DNA from: Promethearchaeota archaeon
GTDB taxonomy: Archaea > Asgardarchaeota > Hermodarchaeia > Hermodarchaeales > Hermodarchaeaceae
Length of the DNA: 12,926 nt
Assembly: GCA_048939625.1 (NCBI GenBank)
Contig: JBHLPH010000027.1
Location: 1 to 12,926, forward strand
Reading direction: 5' to 3'
In this document: positions 1 to 6,725 of the stretch, piece after piece
How the letters are laid out: every line of letters starts with the position of its first letter
Position numbering within the stretch: the first letter of the stretch is position 1
Translations under genes and position numbers: made by a program
The notes under the pieces: model-generated
What the model was told of the DNA's origin: nothing
The model's database searches: none
The model's input: only the letters and a program-made list of their open reading frames with translations

Positions 1-479
1 GTGTTTACTTCGCGTTGAATTACTCCTTTCTCTTTCTGATCCTCAAAGAAGTCAGTCAGATACTTGAAGGCTTCATCATACATGGATTGCAACGAATTCG
101 CGAGGTCTTGATTCCTTGATGCTTCCGAGACAATTTCGAACATCAGACTTGGAGGCCAACTTGGCTCTGAAAAGAATAGTGGGGTACTCCAGAGTTTGTC
201 ATAGAATGTGTTGGAAGAAATATCCAAGAGGTTACCAGATTCAAGGAGCTCCGAAAGGGGTTCTTCCTGGATTTTCCGAAAGGGTATCTGTACCACTGCC
301 TCAAACAACTCTTTCTTGCTCTTAAAATATTGGTACAGGGTGCCTTTACTAACACCAACTTCTTTTGCAATATCCGCCATCTTGGTTTTGTGATACCCTT
401 TCTTAGCAAAGACCGTGATGGCTGCTTCAACGATTCGCTTCTTAGCACGAATCTTGTAGTCTTGTAAGACACGTGGCAT
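1..479 (-). CDS. TetR/AcrR family transcriptional regulator (3' end runs off the window)
   Basis: Not in the ORF track because it has no stop in the window. My translation from ATG 479 is MPRVLQDYKIRAKKRIVEAAITVFAKKGYHKTKMADIAKEVGVSKGTLYQYFKSKKELFEAVV..., a textbook TetR HTH. The frame stays open to position 3. A GGTGA SD lies at 489-485. Confidence 0.96.
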   Translation of the reverse strand, partial: MPRVLQDYKIRAKKRIVEAAITVFAKKGYHKTKMADIAKEVGVSKGTLYQYFKSKKELFEAVVQIPFRKIQEEPLSELLESGNLLDISSNTFYDKLWSTPLFFSEPSWPPSLMFEIVSEASRNQDLANSLQSMYDEAFKYLTDFFEDQKEKGVIQREVN

Positions 480-517
480 TTTACTCACCGATTAATTGTG
501 CTAAAATATATCCATCG

Positions 518-568
518 TATATAAAAGTAACTGACCAGTCAGTCAATAAACTGACCGAATAGTATAAA
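518..568. promoter_or_regulatory. Divergent promoter with tandem TetR-type operators
   Basis: Perfect inverted repeat ACTGAC-CA-GTCAGT (530-543) and a degenerate copy ACTGAC-CG-AATAGT (550-563) 20 bp away. They lie between a minus-strand TATA (TTTATATA, 525-518) and a plus-strand TATAAA (563-568). Confidence 0.75.
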
Positions 569-607
569 GACGAAGTTTACTCCTCCAGCTAATCTAAGGT
601 AGTACTG

Positions 608-1243
608 ATGAATGGTGACTTCTTATTTCTCATTCTTTTTTTAGTCATCTTCATTACAGGTATGATTATTCGTGGATACTTTGGCCGACGCTCCCCTGAC
701 CTCCAAAAATCTCGGCGCGAACGTTTGAGAACGGCTGTGGAACATGAAGGACGACTCAGTTTCGCATTGCTAATGCTGCAGATGGTCTTCATGCTCGTTG
801 CAGTCGTTCTCTACATCTTTTTCACACCAACCTTTCCCTGGCTTAGCCTTCCTCTCCCAGATTGGATACGCTGGATAGGAGTGATCATAGGTATCATCTC
901 ATTAGCGTTTCTTTGGTGGGTGCAAGCAATCTTAGATCGCGGCTTTTCACCATCATTGACTATTCAGGATCAGCATGTTCTTGTCACCGATGGCCCGTAT
1001 CGTCGGGTTCGGCATCCGATGTATACAGTACACATTTTCTATTTTCTTTCATGGTTTTTTGTTTCAGCAAATATCCTTTTCTTCTTCGTTTGGCTGTTGA
1101 TGCTGTTTTACATTATTGCTCGAATCCCTAAAGAAGAAGAGATGCTCCTCTCCCAATTTGGTGAGGAATATCAGGATTATATTGCTCGAACAGGGCGTCT
1201 GCTACCACCTCTCACGAAGAAAGAGAAAACCAATTCAAAATAG
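608..1243 (+). CDS. Isoprenylcysteine carboxyl methyltransferase (ICMT/Ste14) family membrane methyltransferase
   Basis: Multi-TM protein carrying LVTDGPYRRVRHPMY and RIPKEEEML...FGEEYQDY...TGRLLP, the ICMT-family SAM-binding signature. Confidence 0.92.
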   Translation: MNGDFLFLILFLVIFITGMIIRGYFGRRSPDLQKSRRERLRTAVEHEGRLSFALLMLQMVFMLVAVVLYIFFTPTFPWLSLPLPDWIRWIGVIIGIISLAFLWWVQAILDRGFSPSLTIQDQHVLVTDGPYRRVRHPMYTVHIFYFLSWFFVSANILFFFVWLLMLFYIIARIPKEEEMLLSQFGEEYQDYIARTGRLLPPLTKKEKTNSK

Positions 1244-1256
1244 ATGGGTTGTATAA

Positions 1257-1991
1257 ATGGTCGCTTCCTCAGACTCAGTTAACAAATACGGGATAAGTAG
1301 TATTATCCGTGAATTTGTCATTGTCCTTTTCATTGCAGTTCTACTCTGGATCTCCGCAGGATTCCAGTTATGGCTGAATGCCTGGGTATACATCATCTTC
1401 CTGCTCTTCTTTTCAACCATCTTCATGATTGCTATGGCTTGGAAGAATCCAGAGCTACTAAACATTCGGGGGGCACCTCGACGAGCCATACAACAAACGC
1501 AATTACCTCATTACGAAAAGTTCTTTCTTACTGTCTTTACGATTCTTCTCATCTTGATTCCTATTTTTGCTGGTCTCGATTATCGGGGGCTCTTCAATCT
1601 ATGGCTTCCACTTCCCATTCAGGTTCCTGTCTGGCTTGTGGGCATTGGATTCGGACTCGTAATCATGGGTGAGTTCCTATTTGGGTGGGCCATGATATCA
1701 AATCCCTTCTTTCATGGAATGATAGCGATTCAAACCGAACGAAGTCATCGCGTCATTTCAAAAGGGCCCTATCGGTTGGTACGACATCCCGGGTATCTCG
1801 GTCAAAGCCTCTATTATCTTGGGATGCCTCTGCTCCTAGCTTCTTGGTGGGCATTCTTCCTTGGAATTATCATGACCATCGCTTTCGTTTATCGGACAAC
1901 GAAAGAAGATCGGGCTCTATTAGCTGGGCTCCCAGGCTACGGTGTATATGCTGAGAAAACCAGCAAGCGCCTTTTTCCAGGACTTTGGTAA
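1257..1991 (+). CDS. Second ICMT/Ste14 family membrane methyltransferase
   Basis: Carries VISKGPYRLVRHPGY and RTTKEDRALLAGLPGYGVYAEKTSKRLFPGLW. It starts 13 bp after the first gene, so the two are probably co-transcribed. Confidence 0.92.
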   Translation: MVASSDSVNKYGISSIIREFVIVLFIAVLLWISAGFQLWLNAWVYIIFLLFFSTIFMIAMAWKNPELLNIRGAPRRAIQQTQLPHYEKFFLTVFTILLILIPIFAGLDYRGLFNLWLPLPIQVPVWLVGIGFGLVIMGEFLFGWAMISNPFFHGMIAIQTERSHRVISKGPYRLVRHPGYLGQSLYYLGMPLLLASWWAFFLGIIMTIAFVYRTTKEDRALLAGLPGYGVYAEKTSKRLFPGLW

Positions 1992-2007
1992 CTCCTGGGT
2001 TCCTCGC

Positions 2008-2035
2008 TTTTTTAAGAGAACATAGGAAGAAAAAA
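2008..2035. terminator. Convergent oligo-U terminators
   Basis: T6 at 2008-2013 follows the plus-strand operon, and A6 at 2030-2035 reads as T6 on the minus strand after the convergent gene. This is archaeal U-tract style. Confidence 0.45.
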
Positions 2036-2066
2036 CACCTGATGTAATTACTTTTACTGGATATTT

Positions 2067-3422
2067 CTATAGAACCTCAACGATTTTCTGGATGACCTGC
2101 AATCCTGCTGCTTCTGCATCTCGTGCCTTCTTCAGATATTCTACTCCTTTCTTGCTTGTATCGTTAATTCCGATTGGATTGTTGGTTAATTTGTCTTTGT
2201 CAAAGGGATAAAGTTTCGCGAACTCATGCAGTTGCTCTGCAACCTGTCCATAGAACTCAACTGCTTTTTCCAAGTAGGGTTTGGCCTTACCCTTTAGACG
2301 GTCTTTGGCTTCTTGGAAAAATTTGTGTCCCATATCACGGCATTCCCACCATACCATTGCATTATAAGCGTTCCCGAATTGCCCAGCTTTACCTTTCTCG
2401 ATATTCTCAATCCAGGCATCAAAACCCGCTATTCCTGCCTGATACTTTGGACTCATAATCCACTCCTTATCATTCGTGGCAATGCGTAAAACGGCTTGCA
2501 GCGCTTCCTTGACCTGGATCGTATCATCAACGGGTGACTTAACCCGTTTAACAGTGGTGATGTCGATAAACATTTGTCCGATGTTCTTCCATGGTTTCGG
2601 ACCTGCTCCTTCTTCTTGATAATAGCCCTTGAAATAATACCCTGAATCATCGACGCCGTAAATGATATAGTAGTCGGGGATGTCACCTATTTGCCAGCCA
2701 TAACAAGGATGGCCTTCGGAAAGTGCTTGTGACACTAATTTCCAAGCCTTTTCTTTCTTCTTCGTGTACTCAGCTTCTGTACTTTGTTGAGGCCAGGCGA
2801 AAACGCCATCAAATTCGACACCAAGATTCTTGGTCCCGGTGAACAGTGGTATTGGTTTCCATGCCGTGGGTCCACTTGGACAAATATCATCAACGGCTAT
2901 GTTAATCATTAATCCATGGCCAGTTATTCCGTACAGCCAGGGCTGTGTCACGTTAATCTCTAAAAATTCTAAACAGCCATGTAATGCTCCTAGATGGGAG
3001 ACTGCATAATCTTTGAATTGTAACTTGTGTAGTTTAACCATATTTCGACCCAATCCTGATCGAGTTGTTGAGTAGCGTTCCATCATGTGCCGTCGTCCAT
3101 TTGATAGACGTATCTGGGAGTCAACATAAGACTCCACGATGGCCTGTAGTAGTTCCTGACCATCTTTTGTTACTTGGTATGATCCTCTTTCTAAGCGACG
3201 GATTAGTCCTCGGATAATCAGTTGTTGTAGATGGTTTGCAAGGGCAGTTCGACTAATTTGAGTTGCTTTGAGGAGTTGCACAAAAGTCTTTGTTGTATCC
3301 GTAAGCAGGCTGAGAATTTCTAATCGCTTTGGATGTGAAACGGCCTTGAGGGTCCGGGCTAGATCGTCTTTGGATTCTTGGACAGTTGCTCGGAGGTCTT
3401 CTATATTGATCGGCTCATCCAT
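2067..3422 (-). CDS. ArsR-like winged-HTH regulator fused to a degenerate papain/C39-like (BtrH_N/DUF4872-like) domain, 451 aa
   Basis: The N-terminal LKAVSHPKRLEILSLL...ISRTALANHLQQL...GLIRRLERGSYQVTKDG is an ArsR wHTH. The C-terminal domain has WLYGITGHG, CPSGPTAW and YYIIYGVDDSGYY followed by a helical bundle. I moved the start from 3548 to ATG 3422, which has a GGTGG SD at 3435-3431, its own TATA and no overlap with the upstream gene. Confidence 0.85.
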   Translation of the reverse strand: MDEPINIEDLRATVQESKDDLARTLKAVSHPKRLEILSLLTDTTKTFVQLLKATQISRTALANHLQQLIIRGLIRRLERGSYQVTKDGQELLQAIVESYVDSQIRLSNGRRHMMERYSTTRSGLGRNMVKLHKLQFKDYAVSHLGALHGCLEFLEINVTQPWLYGITGHGLMINIAVDDICPSGPTAWKPIPLFTGTKNLGVEFDGVFAWPQQSTEAEYTKKKEKAWKLVSQALSEGHPCYGWQIGDIPDYYIIYGVDDSGYYFKGYYQEEGAGPKPWKNIGQMFIDITTVKRVKSPVDDTIQVKEALQAVLRIATNDKEWIMSPKYQAGIAGFDAWIENIEKGKAGQFGNAYNAMVWWECRDMGHKFFQEAKDRLKGKAKPYLEKAVEFYGQVAEQLHEFAKLYPFDKDKLTNNPIGINDTSKKGVEYLKKARDAEAAGLQVIQKIVEVL

Positions 3423-3430
3423 CGGAACCG

Positions 3431-3505
3431 CCACCAATTGGTGATTGGGGGTGATGTAAAATATAAGGGTTTTCGTGAATAATAAACCTAAATTACGTGA
3501 ATAAT
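3431..3505 (-). promoter_or_regulatory. BRE/TATA promoter with upstream direct repeats
   Basis: The minus strand reads CGAAAACCC-TTATATTTT (about 3475-3458). The exact repeat CGTGAATAAT occurs at 3474-3483 and 3496-3505. The SD GGTGG is at 3435-3431. Confidence 0.65.
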
Positions 3506-3507
3506 CG

Positions 3508-4233
3508 TCATTGGTTTCTCTTAACTTCCCGGGCAATTCGGAGCTCACGCACGAAGCGATATAATTCCCCTATTTTTCGGAAGTAAATTAAAACGTAAAA
3601 GATCGCAAACATGATGATAATTAGCATAGGAGCATAAATGCCTGAGAAGTTGAAGAACCAGGTAATTGCGAGGAGAATGAAGAGTATCCCGAAAACCCAA
3701 ATGATAGGAACGCCAAAGACCCATTTCCGTCGGCTGGGAGTGGTTCGCAGATAACTGCGGTATTCTATTTTCAATCCCAGCTCGCCCGGTGAGTAACGGT
3801 ACAGACCTTCGAACTTCACCCGGGCAATACAGCCACCAAAGAATCGTCCGAGAGGGTAGGATCCATAGGCAACGAAGATGCTGATTACACCGAGTACGAA
3901 ATTGAGAGCAAGAAAAACAATCAATGAAGGCAGGATAATGAACTGAGCGAGTGTTGTTTCAAAGTATGCCAGAACCCACAGATACCCAAGGAATGAGAAG
4001 AAGAATAAAAGAAAATAGAGTGCTAATCCTTTTCCGACACTGATGACGATATCCTGTTTGAATAAGCGGTTTCGAATCACTGTAGTTCGCTCTATTATTT
4101 CATCGTCTAGCTCGATTGAGTTCTTTCGCTTGATTTGACCAACGATGCGCCAGAAGTCTCTACGAACCTTTGAGGTGTCACCTTCTTGGTCGAGGCGCTG
4201 CTCAATCTTTTGCAGTTCGGTTAGAATTTCCAT
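3508..4233 (-). CDS. Membrane protein, peptidase M50/site-2-protease-like fold with degenerate zinc motif
   Basis: A soluble helical N-terminus is followed by about 4 TM segments. SYPLGRFFGGCIARVKF occupies the position of the usual HExxH...G.lG..v motif, followed by GLKIEYRSYLRTTPSRRKWVFG and a terminal GELYRF. The CDS is secure and the family call is tentative. Confidence 0.6.
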   Translation of the reverse strand: MEILTELQKIEQRLDQEGDTSKVRRDFWRIVGQIKRKNSIELDDEIIERTTVIRNRLFKQDIVISVGKGLALYFLLFFFSFLGYLWVLAYFETTLAQFIILPSLIVFLALNFVLGVISIFVAYGSYPLGRFFGGCIARVKFEGLYRYSPGELGLKIEYRSYLRTTPSRRKWVFGVPIIWVFGILFILLAITWFFNFSGIYAPMLIIIMFAIFYVLIYFRKIGELYRFVRELRIAREVKRNQ

Positions 4234-4373
4234 GGTTTCTCAGTTCCTTTTTCCAAGTTCAGAACACACACCACGGTTAGATGTTGTGAAGGATTCTCCT
4301 GTAAAAACGCTACAAGAGGATATTTATGTTAACAAAGGGTAGTAATCCATTATCATAAATTTGGGGTGTAGAT

Positions 4374-5039
4374 GTGAGTGCAACGGAATTCTTCGCGATT
4401 ATCGCGGCATATAACTCAGTTTACCTAATCGCTACAATTCTTACAATCATTCTTGGAATCGTTGCCGTCATCTTTGCGATTAGAAAAACGGCTTATTCAG
4501 ACCAACTCATCTCATTGACATTAGCATTTCTTTGGCTTTGGGTTGGAATTGTATTTGGCTTTATCACGTTTGGCGCTTGGACTCCTATTATATTGGGAGT
4601 ACCCATTCCTGGTTTCGGATATTTCTTTGGGCTAACCTTTACAATTCAAGGTCTTCTCTTCCTGTATTTCGGTGTATACCGGAAATCCCTGTCCTTTCAA
4701 TTTCAACAAAATCTCCACGGATTTCTCGGCTTGATTCTCATCATCTATGCCATCGTAATTTATGGGCTCATAGGATTCGTAACTGGTCATCCTTTCCCCT
4801 TCTATCCTCTCTTTGGCACCTCACCATGTCCGGTTTCCATCTTCACTATTGGTCTATTCTTGTGGGCTGACGAACGAATCTCCCCAGTAGTACTTATCAT
4901 TCCCCTCGTTCACGGACTCATCGCAATCGTTCCGATAATTGGCTTTGGCATCTATGCTGACATTCTGCTATTCCTCTCTGGACTCATCACAATCTTCATT
5001 CTCTATCGACACTGGAAATGGGAACAGACCACTGAATGA
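4374..5039 (+). CDS. DUF6064-like multi-pass membrane protein
   Basis: GTG start after a GGGGTG SD (4363-4368). About 7 TM segments with the motifs LAFLWLWVGIVF, FTIQGLLFL and PLFGTSPCPVSIFTIGL that I associate with DUF6064. Confidence 0.8.
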   Translation: MSATEFFAIIAAYNSVYLIATILTIILGIVAVIFAIRKTAYSDQLISLTLAFLWLWVGIVFGFITFGAWTPIILGVPIPGFGYFFGLTFTIQGLLFLYFGVYRKSLSFQFQQNLHGFLGLILIIYAIVIYGLIGFVTGHPFPFYPLFGTSPCPVSIFTIGLFLWADERISPVVLIIPLVHGLIAIVPIIGFGIYADILLFLSGLITIFILYRHWKWEQTTE

Positions 5040-5130
5040 TCTGTCGACTAATTTGCCTTTCATTACCGAATCCGTAAATCTTAAACTACGCAGTGAACGC
5101 GTTCCTCATCATCCTTCCCTGGTGGACAAC

Positions 5131-6657
5131 GTGTCAAAGAGGCCCCACATTCTATCGCTAGTCCTATTCTTAGCATTCCTTGTAGCCTTAGCACCGATAA
5201 GCTTCTTCCAAGGGACCGCTTCTACCACGACAATGAAAATACGCATTTCCTCTGAATACACTAACCGATCACCACTGCAACATAATCCCCCAGCACAAGA
5301 AAGCCGAACAGAATCACCTCTTCCATCCACGCTTCCACAATATCTGACCATGGACTATACACCTCACAGCGCAATGGTGATTTCCAGTGATGCTGATTTT
5401 CCATTGCTAGGTTGGAATGGTACTGGAACACCAGACGATCCGTATTCCATCTCAAACCTCCATATCATAAACAACCAAACCATTGGCATTCTCATACAAC
5501 ATACTCGTGCCCATTTTGTAGTGAATAACTGCCTGATTACCGGTGCTCAGGTTGGGATAAAACATCACGGCATCTATTTCCTAAATGTCTCCAATGGTGT
5601 GATTGCTGATTCAATCTTCCAATATACTTGGACAGCAATCCTGCTTAATCAATCTCATTCCAACCACATTCTCCGCAACTGGTGCACTGATGCAAGAAAT
5701 AGCCTCCAACTCCTCTCAGCAAACGATAATCATGTTCGCAATAATTCACTTGTGTACAACTCCTTAGGCTTAGATTTGGATGAAGGGAGTAACAATCAGT
5801 TCTGGTGGAATGTCTTTTCAGGTAATCGACTGAATGCCTTTGATAATGGGGGACCTAATATCTTCGAGTATAATTATTGGTCCACCTACTTATACGGTGA
5901 TGCCAATGATGATGGGATTGGGGATATCGAATTCCAACTTTCAGGAACAGCTCAGACTTTTGATAATCACCCCTTGATGTGGCTTCCAGAGGGGCATCCC
6001 GTAGTTTGGCACGACTCGCTAGAGACCTCCTATGTTGTTGAAGCTGGATGGTATTTCACGTTACTTTTCGAAGCTGCAAGTGCTCCTCCTGGCAATCTCC
6101 AATGGTTAGTCAACGATTCATATCACTTTGAAGTGACTGATGGGCTCCTCGAAAGCCGCATGGGTCTATATGGAGATCGTTATGTTTTGAACATCACTGC
6201 TGTCGATACCCTGGGTTATTCGGTCCACACGCTACTCTTTCTCACTGTCTGGGACACAAGAGCTCCTGAATGGATTGATCCGCCAGAATATCTCATGCTA
6301 TGGGCGTACGATGAACCAGTTTCGATTTACTTCAACGCAACTGACCCCTCCGGTATTGACACCTACTATCTGGAAGACACTGAGACCTTCTCTATTAACG
6401 AATCTGGCTATCTAACTAATCGCACATCACTTGTCCTTAATTCCGTTTACGACATCTGGGTCAATGTAAATGACACATGGGGTCACACCACAAGTCTTGG
6501 TGTAACTCTTATTGCTATCATACCCCTACCACCCCGGTTACCTGAAATCTATTATCAAATCACTTGGGTTGTCATTTTTCTGACAATTCTGCTGCTTGTT
6601 GGATTCACATGGCATTTTCTGAAGTGGAAACATTACCGAACTGATATCTACCATTAA
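5131..6657 (+). CDS. Cell-surface protein: signal peptide, NosD/CASH-type right-handed beta-helix, two cadherin/Ig-like repeats and a C-terminal TM anchor (508 aa)
   Basis: The likely start is GTG 5131 (GGTGG SD at 5121-5125), giving MSKRPHILSLVLFLAFLVALAP. Also present: GWNGTGTPDDPYSISNL, Asn-ladder repeats (GIYFLNVSNGVI, AILLNQSHSNHI), the Ca-type motif DANDDGIGD, DTRAPEW/NATDPSGI repeats, a TM helix ending KWKH, and about 12 N-x-S/T sequons. Confidence 0.85.
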   Translation: MSKRPHILSLVLFLAFLVALAPISFFQGTASTTTMKIRISSEYTNRSPLQHNPPAQESRTESPLPSTLPQYLTMDYTPHSAMVISSDADFPLLGWNGTGTPDDPYSISNLHIINNQTIGILIQHTRAHFVVNNCLITGAQVGIKHHGIYFLNVSNGVIADSIFQYTWTAILLNQSHSNHILRNWCTDARNSLQLLSANDNHVRNNSLVYNSLGLDLDEGSNNQFWWNVFSGNRLNAFDNGGPNIFEYNYWSTYLYGDANDDGIGDIEFQLSGTAQTFDNHPLMWLPEGHPVVWHDSLETSYVVEAGWYFTLLFEAASAPPGNLQWLVNDSYHFEVTDGLLESRMGLYGDRYVLNITAVDTLGYSVHTLLFLTVWDTRAPEWIDPPEYLMLWAYDEPVSIYFNATDPSGIDTYYLEDTETFSINESGYLTNRTSLVLNSVYDIWVNVNDTWGHTTSLGVTLIAIIPLPPRLPEIYYQITWVVIFLTILLLVGFTWHFLKWKHYRTDIYH

Positions 6658-6663
6658 GTCGGC

Positions 6664-6718
6664 AAAGGAAAAGAAAGAGGGGAGACAACTGCCTAGGTGC
6701 GAACCCAGTCAATTGTCT
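6664..6718 (-). terminator. Long hairpin plus pyrimidine tract downstream of the MFS gene
   Basis: The minus strand reads AGACAATTGACTGGGT-TCGC-ACCTAGGCAGTTGTCT, pairing 15 of 16 positions including two G-U, followed by CCCCTCTTTCTTTTCCTTT. Confidence 0.6.
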
Positions 6719-6725
6719 TACATGG

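Noticed and set aside
143-472. 109-aa minus-strand ORF, plus the plus-strand ORFs 116..325 and 208..393
   Set aside because: These are alternative frames over the real TetR gene starting at 479.
1241-1282. TAG followed by an in-frame 12-codon ORF (possible pyrrolysine read-through)
   Set aside because: The ICMT domain is already complete, the extension is short and featureless, and no pyl genes are in the window.
3423-3548. N-terminal 42 aa of the 493-aa ORF
   Set aside because: This stretch overlaps the upstream gene and spans the promoter. ATG 3422 has an SD and a TATA.
4939-5130. N-terminal 64 aa of the 572-aa ORF
   Set aside because: It overlaps the DUF6064-like gene. GTG 5131 has an SD and yields a proper signal peptide.
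6683-6718. 3' UTR hairpin as a SECIS element
   Set aside because: There is no AUGA/GA quartet and no in-frame UGA in either flanking gene.
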